A DNA stretch of 64,000 bases from Rebecca billardiae RCC1528 (GCA_965240325.2 OZ251223.1:310001-374000), one strand, 5' to 3'. Shown: positions 12,028-24,400, numbered from the stretch's first letter. Notes: generated from the sequence alone by a model not told the origin. Made by a program: numbers and translations.

Positions 12028-13517
12028 ATGCCGGCGGCCGACTACTACGCCCTCCTGGGTGTCCCCAAAGATGCGACGCCCGAGGCCATCAAGAAAGCCT
12101 GTGCGCGCGCGCCCCGCGCCCCGCGGTGGCGCACCGCCACACGCCCCGGGCGTGCGCCGCGCCGCGCGGCCCCTGACGCACGCGCGCGCGCGCGCGGCGC
12201 GTGTCGCGGGCGCGGCGGCGCATGACAGACCGGCAGCAGGCGATGAAGTGGCACCCGGACAAAAACCAGGGCAGGAAGGAGGAGGCGGAGAAGCGCTTCA
12301 AAGAGATCGCCGAGGCGTACGACGTGCTGGTGCGCGCTCCGGCACCCGCGCCTCGGCGGGCGCGACGCGGCAGCGCGGCGGCCATGCTGATGCCACCGCC
12401 GCCCTCGCCCCCGCCCTCGCGCGCGCGCGCGCGCAGAGCGACTCAAACAAGCGCGAGGTGTACGACCGCCACGGGGCGGAGGGGCTGAAGCGAGGGGCCG
12501 GCGGCATGCCTGGCGGCTACCAGTTCAACGGCAACCCGGAGGACCTCTTCCGCGAGTTCTTTGGCGGCGCGGGCGGGGGCGGGCTCGCAGACTTGTTCGC
12601 GCAGGCGGCGATGAACGGCGGCGGCGCGGGGTCGCCGTTCGTCTTCAGCTTCGGCGGGCCGGGCGGCGGGTTCGCGCGCGCCGGCGCGGGCGGGCCGCGC
12701 CGCCGCGCCGCGCCGGGGCCCGCCCCCGTCGACCTCACCCTCGAGGAGCTGTACAGAGGCGCGACCAAGTCTGTGCGCACGCGCGCCGGCGGCTCCTACG
12801 ACATTGAGGTCAAGCCGGGGTGGAAGGCGGGGACGAAGATCTCGTTCGGGGAGGACGCGTTCGTGGTGCGCGAGCGGCCGCACGCGCGGTTCACGCGCGC
12901 GGGCAACGACCTCACGCACTGGTGCGAGGTCGACCTCGGCGCGCTGCTTACCGGCAGCCGCCAGACTATTCAGACGCTCGACGGCCGCCGGCTGGCTGTG
13001 GAGTTCCCGCCGCTCACCGTCCGGAAGGTGCGCGCGCGCGCGCGCGAGCTCCCGCCTGCGCCGCGCCGACCTGCCGCGCCGACCTGCCGCGCGCTACCAC
13101 GGCCGCTCGCGCGCGCGCAAGCGCGCCACGCACGCGCCCGCATGCACGCCAACCGCCGCCCGCGGCACCGCCCGCGCGCCCGTCGCAGGTGGTGCGGAGA
13201 GAAGGCATGCCCATCTCCAGGTCGCCCGGGCAAAAGGGCGACCTGATTGTGTACGCATCCCCTCTGTCGGCCGAGGGCTTCGCCGCGCTCAAGCAGTGGG
13301 GCAAGATGCTCATGTGCGCGCGCACGCATGCCGCGCCCGCCCACAACGAGTGCCGCGCGCTTCGCTGACGCGCGCGCACGCGAGATCGCACGCGCCCCCG
13401 GTGGTGATCGCGCTGCCGCGCAGGTACATCGCCGGCTTCTTCATCTTCATCAACTACTCGCACATGGTCATGCCATTGCTAATGCTGTACCAGCTCTTCA
13501 GGCACGCAGCGGCCTGA
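12028..13517 (+). CDS. Class B DnaJ/Hsp40 with hydrophobic C-terminal tail; exons 12028-12100, 12229-12329, 12437-13027, 13189-13313, 13424-13517
   Basis: The spliced J-domain reads DYYALLGV...[16 protein letters not shown]...EAYDVL SD. It is followed by a G/F-rich region and CTD motifs [26 protein letters not shown] and KGDL. All four introns are GT(GCGC)..AG and keep the frame. Confidence 0.9.
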
Positions 13518-14667
13518 CGCCGGGCTGCGGGGCGTTTAATGACGCGAAGTGCCGCCGTGTACGTTACGTGTAACTACTAGTTACGGTGTACTGGTAATGC
13601 CTGCGATGTACAACGAGAGTCGAGCAAAGGGCGGTGTTCACATCAGAGGCCCTTGGTCAGAGCAAGGGTGGTCTTGTCAGAGTCAGCTGCCGTCCCCCTT
13701 ACGTATTTACAGACGGTCTCTGCTGGAGACCGTCTCTGGGGAGCCCGGCCCAGAGACGAACTCTGGGCGCCAGCCGCCAAAGACCGTCTCTGCTGGAGAC
13801 CATTTTCTCGGTGGCGCCACTGGCGCGAGCGCTCCCGGGGCTGTGCCGCCGCGGGGCTGCTGGCTCCGTTCGCCGCCAAGCGCCATGCCGGCCCCGCCCT
13901 GGAACGGCGCTGGCACACGAGACCGCGTACAGTACTGCGCACCGTGGATGCACTACGCAGCAGCTACGCTGTGCAGCGACTCGCGCGCTCCAACTTGTGG
14001 TGCCACGCGCTTGCGCGCTCGCGCGAACGCGTGTGTTCGAACGCACCTGTGCATGCTCGCACGCGAGAGGTCTGACTTGATGCTGACGAGCGTGGTGGCT
14101 CATGGCTCGCGAGGGGAGCCACATGCCACACTCTTTCTCTCCGCCCCCGAGCCCTCTCTCGCGCGTGGCTGTGACAAGTACACGCGCGCACGTTCTGAGC
14201 GCCGCAGCGCAACATGGCGCGCTCACTCACACTTCGCGCGCACCATCTCCTGCCGCAGACGACCAGCCCGTGCGCGTCGCGCGCCTTGCCCGAAAGGTGT
14301 GCGAGCAGCTGACCCGAGCAGATCGATCGCCGGGCGCGCCGAGCAGTCTGCGCCCACGCCGCTGACCGGCGTGGGCGATGCAGGTTGGCGGATCACCTTA
14401 CTGCGCGCTGGCCTCGGCGCAGCAGCCAAGTGTCCTGCGCGGCAGCCCTGGAGGTGCTTGGGGGCGCGCGCTCGGCCGTGGAGGCGCCCGCGCAGGCAAA
14501 GTGTATAGCTGAGCAGCCGCGAGAGAGCGCGCAGCGTCCTTCCATGTCAGGCGCCTCGCTCATAGGCACGTTCAGCACGTCTCGGGCAACCGTCACGCGT
14601 GCAGCGCCACGGGCGCGAGTCGCGAGTGCGGCGTGCGTCGTGCGACGGTTTCAGGTGGCCGAGCAGG

Positions 14668-15516
14668 ATGGGGTGCGGCTCAAGCTCCCCTAAGGGAAAC
14701 GCGGGCGAGCGCTCGTACAACGCGACGAAAGAGGCTGCGAAGCGCGTCGACGCGGCGCAGCCGCTGACACCCGCGGGGCTCGAGGAAAAGCGGCGACTCG
14801 ACGCCAGCTTCGAGACGCTCAAGCAGCAGATTGTCGACGCGCGGCAAGCAGCGGACGCAGAGTTCGGGACGCAGGATGCGGCCAAGGTCGTGGCGGAGTC
14901 GGAGTACGTCCGGCACCTGGCGGAATCGCTCGACCCATCCCGCGAATTCGATGCCGGCTGGATGACCCTGCGCTACCCTGACAACGGCCAGTGGAAGGTA
15001 GCGATGGACAAGCGCTCCGGTCAAGTGATGATCACACCGGTCGCTCAGGTGCTCGGATCACAGATGGGCTTCAGCTTTGCGCCGATGCGCTCGGAGGTGG
15101 ATTCGGCCGGATACCGCGATATGTTCATCGCCAACCTCCGCCGCGTCTACTCCGACCTGCCCAAGATGATCGCGGGCAAGCTGGTGATGGAGATGGAACT
15201 GGAGCCGTTCACCGGGCCGACAACGCTGAGCGGGTTTGAAGTGTACGAGTGGCGCATGCGCACCAAGATGATGGATGGGTCGCACAAGCCGCTCGCCAAC
15301 ATGCAGATCGAAGTGCACGGCATGCGCAACGAGGAGCAGCCCACGCCGGGCGGCTTCCAGTACTTCGGCTTCAACGGCTCGCTGTCCACAGCAGGCTACC
15401 CAGACGGCGCGCACGCGGCGCTGGAGCGCGTGTTCCGCGAGGTCGTGCTGGACTCGCTGGTGCTGAGACCCATCGACGTGATCGAGAAGCAGTTCATCGG
15501 GTTCTGGAAGCAGTAA
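14668..15516 (+). CDS. Uncharacterised protein with N-terminal myristoylation/palmitoylation motif (MGCGSSS), 282 aa
   Basis: Clean ORF with normal amino-acid composition and high GC3; begins MGCGSS. Confidence 0.75.
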   Translation: MGCGSSSPKGNAGERSYNATKEAAKRVDAAQPLTPAGLEEKRRLDASFETLKQQIVDARQAADAEFGTQDAAKVVAESEYVRHLAESLDPSREFDAGWMTLRYPDNGQWKVAMDKRSGQVMITPVAQVLGSQMGFSFAPMRSEVDSAGYRDMFIANLRRVYSDLPKMIAGKLVMEMELEPFTGPTTLSGFEVYEWRMRTKMMDGSHKPLANMQIEVHGMRNEEQPTPGGFQYFGFNGSLSTAGYPDGAHAALERVFREVVLDSLVLRPIDVIEKQFIGFWKQ

Positions 15517-15912
15517 GTCCGCGCGTGACCGCTGCTTGCCGTTGGCTGCTGCTCGTGTGCCGCCACTCGGCCGCGCCCGACGGACCACGTGACCCGCACG
15601 AGACCGAGTCGGTCGAAGTGCCGGAGACGGAGTGAGCAATCTCTTTTGATTCTGCCCCAAGTTCACAGTCTTCATCTCATGAATTGCCCACCCACCCACC
15701 CACCCACCCACCTAGTAGTAGTATGTAGTAGTTCAAAGTCTGTAGCAGTAACTCCCCAACGTGAACGGCGCACGTAGCTAGCAGTCCGAGCATCGTCCGC
15801 TTTTACCCGCTTAGCGAATAGCGACGTCGATTATGATTATCATCCGGCGCGCGGAGCCCTGTGACATCATGTGCGCAGCGGGCGGCGCAAGGCAGGCTAC
15901 TACGGGATTGGA

Positions 15913-18177
15913 TTATCGGTTTGGCGGCTGTCGCGGCGGCAGCAGCGAGCGCACGATGCTGTACAGGCGACCGAAGCCGTCACAGTCGGGACGCGTGGGC
16001 GGGCAGTCGGCCACGCCGTACGTAAAGAGGTGCGCGACGCGCTGCCCGTTGCTCTGCAGCTGAGCCCACACGCCTGAGCGGTGCAAGCGCTCAAGTCGAT
16101 GCAGCCACTCGCTCGAGGAGACGTCCGGCTGGTGCAGCGCATCAAGCACCACTGCAAACTTGGTGTAGTCCAGCATCTCGGGCACGAGGTCTGCTGATGT
16201 CGCAGTCGCGTTCAGCTCGTCAGCATGCCCACGCGCCGCTGGGTCGGCGCGCCACGGCCACCACGTCGTGTGGCGATACGCTGGCATCGCACCGTCCCAA
16301 ATCACCGGCACGCACCCGCTGAGCAGAGCGATGGAGAGGTGGGAGCGCGTGGGCGTGTCGCCCGACGGCTCGGCGCAGAATGCTGAGCGCACGCTCACGT
16401 TCCATGGGTCGGACCACGTGCTTGCGCCACAGGTGAGTGGGGTCCGGCGAGCGCCAGTGGTGGGCGATATCACGCCAGCGGTGCTCGTAGTTGTATTGGC
16501 TGCGTCCGCGCACACGAAGCACTGGGTCTGCGTGCATTCCCCGCCGGCTGCCGCCATTGCCTTGCGCAGCTGCGAGCGGATGGGCGCGTGCGCGCCGAAG
16601 CGCTCGCCTTTGTCCGCGCGCGCACTGAGGCTGACGAGGATCGGCCGCTCCCTCGGCCGGTAGGACGTCCCAGACGGCTTGTCCCAGTGCACGCCCGCTG
16701 GCTCGAGCCCGACCGAGTAGGGCACAGTCACCAGCAGGGGGGCACCGTTGGCCGCAGCGACGGCCGAGATGGCTGCGCCCTGGTTGTGAGCCGGCTGCAT
16801 CACTGCACGCCGCCGACGCGCGAGCTCCCGCGCAGGGCTCTCGTCCCATCCCGACCGTGTCCACTCTGACAGGACACCTGCCGATGTCGTCCCGCCGAGC
16901 ATTTCGTACACGTGTTCGCCCGCGTCATTCAAGGCGGATGCGATTCCTGCTGGATGGGCCTTGCTCTGCGCCTCGCCGCTCGCCGCTGCGGTCAACGCGT
17001 GCTCCACGTTGCCCCCCTGCGTCCATTCCGACAGGAATCCGGTCGATGTCGTCCTGCCGAGCATTTTGAACATGTGCTCGCCTGCGTCATTCAAGGCGGA
17101 TGTGATTCCTGCTGGGTGGGCCTTGTTCCGCGCCTTGCCACTTGCCGCTGCGGTCAACGCGTGCTCCACGTTGGGCCCCTGAGTCCATTCCGACAGGAAT
17201 CCGGTCGATGTCGTCCTGCCGAGCATTTGGAACATGTGCTCGCCTGCGTCATTCAAGGCGGATGTGATTCCTGCTGGGTGGGCCTTGTTCCGCGCCTTGC
17301 CACTTGCCGCTGCGGTCAACGCGTGCTCCACGTTAGCCCCCTGCGTGGCGATCACGACACGCGAGCGAAAGCCAGGCGGCTGCGTGGCCAGCCCGCGCAG
17401 CAGTGCCTCTGAGCACGGAAACTTGAACGGCCAGTCGACGTGCACAACAACGATGGGCGGCCGCTCCAGCCCGTCGTACACACGCTGCCGCACGCGGTCC
17501 CAGTAGCGCGTGCGCAGCGGGGTCAGGAGGCACGTGCTCGCCGCCTGTGTCACCATGTCGAAAAGCGCAGAGGCGTCCACTAAGTAGCACAGCCCGAAGA
17601 GCGAGGGCACGATCGCAATGTCTGCATCCTTCACCCTCGTCGCCTTGAGCGGGCGCCCTCGCACAGCTGCCCACTCGTCTGCGTGACGCTGCGCGAGCTG
17701 CTTCCAACGCACGAGAGCGACACGCTCGCCAGCGTGCTCGTCGTAGGCGACCCCATTCGCGGCGAACGACTCGCCTTCGAGCGCGCGGTGCACGTTTGAC
17801 ATGGCGCGGTTATCGACCGCCGTGTATTGGCAGTACTCGGCGGGCGCAACCGCTGACGAGACGAAGCGCGCGTCCCCCGCGCACACGCGCTCACGGTAGA
17901 TGTGGCGCATGGTCAGGTTGCTGACGCGTAGGCTCGGAGATGACGTGCCCTGCGACTTTGCCCCCGCAGTCGTCATCGTGACCAGTGCATTCACCGGGCA
18001 CTGCGGCATGTTGTCGACGATGTAGATGATCGGCGGCATCGATGTCGCCGTGCTCAGATCGCCAAGCGATGCGCCGCAGGCGAGGTGGGCGGCGTGGAGG
18101 GCGGCGGCGACGACGAGACGAGCGACCACTGACAGCCGCACCCCGCCGTGCGAGCACCGTGCAGAAGCGGGCACCAT
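15913..18177 (-). CDS. Exostosin-family (GT47) glycosyltransferase with an internal 54-aa triplication
   Basis: GT47 C-terminal motif SAFCAEPSGDTPTRSHLSIALLSGCVPVIW; also ADIAIVP and RERPILVSLSA; hydrophobic N-terminal anchor. Confidence 0.8.
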   Translation of the reverse strand: MVPASARCSHGGVRLSVVARLVVAAALHAAHLACGASLGDLSTATSMPPIIYIVDNMPQCPVNALVTMTTAGAKSQGTSSPSLRVSNLTMRHIYRERVCAGDARFVSSAVAPAEYCQYTAVDNRAMSNVHRALEGESFAANGVAYDEHAGERVALVRWKQLAQRHADEWAAVRGRPLKATRVKDADIAIVPSLFGLCYLVDASALFDMVTQAASTCLLTPLRTRYWDRVRQRVYDGLERPPIVVVHVDWPFKFPCSEALLRGLATQPPGFRSRVVIATQGANVEHALTAAASGKARNKAHPAGITSALNDAGEHMFQMLGRTTSTGFLSEWTQGPNVEHALTAAASGKARNKAHPAGITSALNDAGEHMFKMLGRTTSTGFLSEWTQGGNVEHALTAAASGEAQSKAHPAGIASALNDAGEHVYEMLGGTTSAGVLSEWTRSGWDESPARELARRRRAVMQPAHNQGAAISAVAAANGAPLLVTVPYSVGLEPAGVHWDKPSGTSYRPRERPILVSLSARADKGERFGAHAPIRSQLRKAMAAAGGECTQTQCFVCADAANTTTSTAGVISPTTGARRTPLTCGASTWSDPWNVSVRSAFCAEPSGDTPTRSHLSIALLSGCVPVIWDGAMPAYRHTTWWPWRADPAARGHADELNATATSADLVPEMLDYTKFAVVLDALHQPDVSSSEWLHRLERLHRSGVWAQLQSNGQRVAHLFTYGVADCPPTRPDCDGFGRLYSIVRSLLPPRQPPNR
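16858..17343. repeat. 162-bp tandem repeat x3, in frame within the GT47 CDS
   Basis: The anchor GCTCCACGTT occurs at 17001, 17163 and 17325. Confidence 0.95.
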
Positions 18178-18231
18178 GCTGATGGGGTTGCCGCGCGCTC
18201 GTGGCCGCTCACTACTGTAGTCACTATCATA

Positions 18232-18286
18232 CAGTTTACTGCTAAGAATAAGAGACGCACACACTGCTCAGGCAGGCGAGATTGAC
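18232..18286 (+). mobile_element. Truncated terminus of the CAGTTTAC foldback MITE family
   Basis: TA|CAGTTTACT..TAAGAATAAGAGACGCACAC..GCTCAGGCAGGCGAGATTGAC matches 49530-49579 with small insertions. Confidence 0.8.
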
Positions 18287-18431
18287 AGTACCGCATACGT
18301 CTCTCTTGAATTGTCGTCAGCAGCCATCTGAGGTCGCGAACCGGGATTCCGCATTCGTTTTTAAACATCACATCAGATTCCCGCAGGCCGGGTGCTGGAT
18401 TGATGGCGGACGCCGAAAGCCGCCGTTCGTG

Positions 18432-21400
18432 ATGGTACCGGTATTGCTCATGACGCTATTTCTCGGCTCGGCCGGTCGCTCGCGTCGGATGAACGCCGCG
18501 AGCTCTAGGACGAGCGTCGACACCCTCGTGTTCAACCCGCCGCTGAGCCCACCGCTGAGCCCACCGCCGCCACGCCCGCCGCCGCCGAGCCCGCCGCCGC
18601 CAAGCCCGCGGCCGCCACTGCCGACGAGCCTGCCGCCGAGCCCACCGCCGAGCCCGCCAAGCCAGCCGCCGCCGCTTTTAAGCCCACTGCCGAGCCCACC
18701 GTCTCCGAACTTGCTGACTTCGCCGCCACCTCCGAGTCGTCCGCCATCTCCGCTGCCACACAGCCCGCCACCGCGCCCACCACCACTGCGCCCGCCACCC
18801 AACTCGCCGCCGCGGCTGCGAACGAGTCCGCCGCCGAGCCCGCCATCACCTGGGCTCCCCCCGGTCTCGCCACCGGCGCCGCCCACTGCACCGCCACGTC
18901 CGCCGCCGCCACCACTACCGAGCCCACCCGCTCCGCCTCCGCCGCCCTCTCCGCCGCTGAGCCCCCCGCCGCCTCCCCGCCAGCTCCCATACCCTCCACC
19001 GTCGCCACCGTCTCCGCCGCCCTCACCACCGCCGCCGCCGTCGCCACCGCCGCCCTTGCCCCCTTCGCCGCCGCCACGCGCGCCGCCGCCGCCGCCGCCG
19101 CCGCCACGCCCACCCGGGCCTGCGCTCCACGGCATGACGCTCACGGGCGTGCAGCCGCGCGGCGCGGCTGTGGGCGCGCACACGACCGTCTTGATCGAGG
19201 GTGAGGGCCTCGGCGGCGCCATCGGGCGCGAGGCCGAGCTGGCGTGCGCATTCGTGCCTCCCGACGCGGCCGGCACCCCGCCTAATGCATCCACGCCAGC
19301 GGCCGTCGTCACCGTCGGCGTCGCCGAGGTGACGAGCACCGCGGTGCGATGCGCGCCGCTGTCCCCTGCGGCGGCAGCAGCCGGCGTTGTCGTCCAGCTG
19401 CGTGCACCGGGCTCGGACCCTCCCGCGCTCGACGCCACGGCGGGATTCGTTTGGTTCGACCGCGCGGCTTCGATTGCTACGGCAGTGGCGCCCGCCGGGC
19501 TCCCTGCCGGCACGGACGGGCGAGTCATTTCCGTGCATGGCTCGGGCTTTGTCGATCTCGGCGCAATCTCGTGCAGAGTCGGGGCTGTCGTCGGCGCCGC
19601 CGCGCTCCTGTCGAGTACCGAGCTGGCATGCACGCTCCCGCTGCTGCTCGGGCCCTCGGCTCTCGGCGAGACGCGCTCCCTCGTGGAGGTGTCGCCCAAC
19701 GGAGTGAGCTACTACTCGAGTAACGCCACGCTCACCGTGTACGCCGCCGTCGTCGAGTCGAGCACGCCGGTGGCGATGCCCGCGCTCGCGCCCGTGGCGG
19801 TCACGCTCACCGGGCGCGGCTTTGCGCAGCTCGGAGCCGAGGTCGCCGCGTGCGTGTACAGGGCGGACGCCGACGCCGGCTCGGCTGCCGCTCGGCGGCT
19901 CAGCGTGGCCGCGAGCGTCGTCGGCAGCACAACCGCCGTGTGCGCGCCGATGCCCGCTGGGTTTGGCGCCGCAGGCTCGCGCGTCTCCGTTCGACTGAGT
20001 CTGAACGGTGAGCCGTCTGACCTCGCGCCGGACGATCGGCGCGGCGGTGCGGGCGTGGCGCTCTACGACCTCGGCGCGATCGTGCTGAGTGCCGTCGATC
20101 CGGTCGGCGGCCCGGTGCTCGGGGGCACGCGCGTGACCGTGAGCGGCGTGGGGTTCGGCGGCGAGCTCGCGGACGGCGGCCTGTGCTGCGCGCTGGATGG
20201 CGCGTGCGCCGCGGCCGCCAGCCTCGTCCCGGGACCCTCCAGCTCGTCCACGGTGCGCGCGGTGTGCACGCTCCCGGCGGCGGGCGCCGCGGGCGCGGGC
20301 AGCCGCGCTCTTGAGCTCTCCCTGCGCTCCGGCGCACCCGGCACTTTCACCGCCTCCGGGCTGCGCTTCGCCCACCACGCCGAGCCAAGCGTGCTGGGCG
20401 TGCTGCCGCCGCGCGAAGGCGACCCGCGCGGCGGGCAGGCGGTGACGGTTGTCGGCTCTGGGTTCGGCGCGCTCCTCGACGCGGCCGGGCTGACGGCCGC
20501 GGAGGGGCTCGCGCTGGGCTTGCCGCGCGTGCGCTTCGGGGCCAACCCCGCACCCGCGCCGCTGCTCAGCCTGACCGACGGGCAGCTCGTCGTGCGATCG
20601 CCGTTCGGAGCAGCCGCGTCGCGGGCACTCGTCGCGGTGGCGCTCAACGGCCGCCAGTTCGTGGAGCCCGCCGCGCCCTTCGCCGCCAACGCGACGTTCA
20701 CCTACCTGGACGGCCTGCACGCGCCCGCGCTGCTCGGCGCGCGCTTCAACTCGGAGGCCACGGCGCTGGTGCTCCAGTTCGACCCACAGCCGACGGACCG
20801 CGCGGGGATGGTGGGCGTGCAGCCGTGCAGCGTCGTGCTCGACGACGACAGCGTGGCGCGCGTGCAAGGCGGCGCGTCGGCGGCGCCCGACTGCTTCTGG
20901 ACGGACGACTCGACGCTGTTCGTTCGGCTCAACGCGCAGACCGCGCTCGCGCCCGGCGACACGGTGGCGGTGCGCGACGACGTGCTCCGCCCGCGCGGCA
21001 GCGCCGCGCCGTGCCCCGACGAGCTGTGCGCGCTGGACGCATCTGCGGCGATTCCTCTCGAGCCATCGGAAGCGTGCATCGGGGGGTGCCCCCAGCCGCG
21101 GGCGAACCTCGCCGGCCCCACAACCGTCTCCGTCTGCCCAGGCCAGCGGGTCTTGTTGAGAGCCGCGGGCTCGGCCGGTGGCGGCGTCGTGCCGCTCGAG
21201 TACGCGTGGTCCGTCGAGCCCACGGGGCTCTCGCTCGCGGCGGCGGCCGAGCTCGGCGCGCAGCTTGAAGGTGTGAGCGCGCCGAGCGTCGAGGTGCTGC
21301 TGCCAACCGGCACGCTCTTCCGCTTCCGCCTCGAGGCCTCGTCGTTCCTCGGGCTCAGCTCCGCGCGCGCGCAGCTCGACGTTGCGCGCGAAGGGACGCG

Positions 21401-24400
21401 CTCGCCGACGGTCTCCGTGGCGGGCCCGTCCCGCCGCTCGGTGCGGCCAGGCGCGGCGTTGGCCCTCCACGCTGTCGCGCAGCCCGCCGCGTGCTGGCCC
21501 GCGGGCTCGCGCTCCTCGCGCATCAACTTCCGATGGGCGCTGCTGAGCGCCACGCCCACGGACGGCTCGGAGCAGCTCGACGCATCGGCGCCGCCCGCGC
21601 CGTTCGACGCCGCCGCGGCCGCGCGCGCTGGGATCAAGCTCGCGCCGTGGACGCTGCGCGCCGGGTACACGTACTCGCTGCAGGTAACGGCCAGCATGGC
21701 GGGCGACCGGGCCGCACGCGCGCGCGCGCTGCTGCAGCTGGAGGTGGCGTCGCAGCCCGTGCGCGCCACCATCGGCTCGGGCGATCGGACGATCTCGATG
21801 AGCGCCGAGCCCGTCGTGCTTGACGGCTCGGGCTCGGTGGACGGCAACACGGGCAGCGGCGCATCGCTGCTGTACGAGTGGTCGGTCGTGCGCGCGGGCG
21901 CGGACGGCGCCGAGGACGAGCCGGTCCCGCTCGCGCCGAGCGGCATTCGCGCGAACGCGTCGTCGCTCGCGCTCCCGCCCGCGGCGCTGGGCGGCGTGGC
22001 GGGTGACTACGCGGTGACGCTGCGCGCGAGCAGCGCTGACGGGCGCGCGGACAGCGCCAGCGTGCTGCTCACGCTCGTCGCTGCGTACGTGCCCACAGTC
22101 TCTGTGCGCGCGCCCGAGGAGCGTGCGCAGTACAACGCTCGGTGGCGCGTCCCCGCCCACTCGATCTCGTTCGTCGCAACCCTCGTCGACGCGCGCGCGC
22201 AGCAGCAGCTCGCGGCGGCCAACGGGACGTTCGAGTACGCGTGGCGCGCGCTCGAGCTCGGGCGCGGCGAGCAGGCGGTGCCCGCGCGCGCGCGCGACGG
22301 CGGGCCGCTCGAGCTGGCCGACGCGACGCGGATCACTGCCACCGGCGACAGGCTTTCGACCCTGGTGTTCCGCAGCGGCGTGCTCACGCCCGGCGCAACG
22401 TACGTGCTCGAGCTCACCGTGAGCGGCGGCGAGCTGCCGGCGGTCGCGCGGGTCTCGCTCGAGGTGAACCGGCCGCCGTACGGCGGCGTGCTGCGCGCGA
22501 GCCCGGCGGAGGTCGCCGCGCTCTCGCGGCTCGAGCTCGTCGCGTCCGGCTGGACGGACGACACGGACGGCCTCCCGCTGCGGTACGCGTTTGGGTACGT
22601 GCCTGAAGGCGCGAGCACGGAGCAGCGCGTCACGTCCACGCCCTCGCTGGAGGAGCGGGCGTCGGCCGTGCTGCCGGAGGGCGAGCACGTCGCGCTGCTC
22701 ACGGTGCTCGACCAGTTCGACGGCATCGCGTGGGGCAGCGCGCTCGTCCGCGTCACGGCGCTCGCCGCCGCCAACCGCACCGCCGAGACGGCGCGCCGCG
22801 CGGTCGCGGACGCGCGCGTCGCGCTGGATACGGAGGACGGCGATCGCGCCGCGCAGCTCGTCGCGGCGATCGCCGCGTCGACGCTCGCTGAGATCGGCGG
22901 GAGTACCGCCGACGGCGGCGGCGCCGAGGCGGACGAGATGGTGAACGAGCTGCTGGCCGTGATCGCCACCGTCCTCAACGCCTCCGCCTTCTCACTGGAT
23001 GAGGGCTCGCGCGCGCTCGCTTCGAGCGCCATCGTGTCAGTGGTGGAGAGCGCGCAGGCGATGGGCGAGGGCGCGCAGAGCGAGGCGCTCACGCAGCTGT
23101 CCGCGCTGGTCGACGCGGCGCGCGCGTCGGACGGGCTGGACGAGCTGACGGCGAGCAACTCGATGCGCGGCCTTGACGCGGTGCTCGCGGCCGCGCGCTC
23201 GGCCGCCGCGCGCCGCCGCCGCCGGCTGGCGCAGGCGGCGGGCGGCGCGGCCGCAGACGGAGGCGGCAGCGGCGACGATGCGACCAACGCTGCGATCCAG
23301 CAAGTGGTGAGCAGCCTCGCGAGCGGCCTCACCGTCGGCGTGCTCCCCGGCGAGGCGGCGCGCGAGCTGCTCGGCACGAGCGTCTGCATCACCGCGCTCC
23401 GCGCCATCGCCACCTCGCTGCTCAACGCCACGCTGCCCGGCCCGGGCGGCGCGGGCGCGCTGAGCCTGCCTCCGACCGCGCTCGACGGCGTGCTCGCGCA
23501 GCTGAGCAACGACGGCGGCGTGGACGTGCAGCTGGTCTCGCTGCAGCGCAACGTGCACGACGCGCTGAACGGCACGCCCGCCGACGGCGCGGGCTCCTCA
23601 GGCCTCGCCCTCGGCGCGCAGCTCGCCTTCAGCTCCGGACTCTTCTCGGTCAAGCTGCTTCCGGCCGACGGCACGGCCGAGTTGCAGATCAGCGGGCTTG
23701 CGGACGAGATTGAGATCACGCTGCCGCTCGACTCGAGCGCGGGCGTGGGCGGCGCCAACGCCACGTGCACCGCCGACGCGGACTGCGCCGCGCCGGGAGA
23801 CGCGCCGCGCGGCGCGTGCAACGCGAGTACAGGCGCATGCGCGTGCGACGCGGGGTTCAGTGCGGCGCTCTGTGACGAGATTGTGCTGTGTCACTTTTGG
23901 TGCGCGCGCGCGCGCGCCGAGCCGAGCGGCGCGCGCGTGCGCGCGCGCTCGAGCACGCGCGCGAGGCCGGCTCGCACACCGCGCGCCGACGGCTGGCGGC
24001 CACCGCTCACTCACACCCGCGCCCCGTGCGCACCACGCGCACGCGTGCATGCGACGTCGCTCCGGCCGCGCCGTCGCAGGAACGACACGGCGCAGCGCTG
24101 GTCGACGAGCGGGTGCGAAACACGCCCAGGCGAGACCGACGGATCGCTCGTGTGTGCGTGCAACCACTTGACAGGTGTGGAGCCGCGTCGTCGGGCTGCG
24201 CCTCGCCCTGCGCGTCCCCGCGCCCGCGCGTGGCCACTTGGCCCAGCGCGCCGAGAGAACGCGGACTGAGCCGTCACAAAACTCATCACTCATGGAGCCA
24301 TGCGGACCGCCTGAGGACCGTGTCCGCTCCCGCGCGCGCACGCGCGCGCCTGTCCCCCGCCGGCACTGACCACGCCCGCCAAGCCGCGCACGCCCGCCCG

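Noticed and set aside
23760-23875. The receptor's EGF-like domain as substrate of the FucT-like gene
   Set aside because: It lacks Ser/Thr immediately before the third Cys of the POFUT1 consensus.
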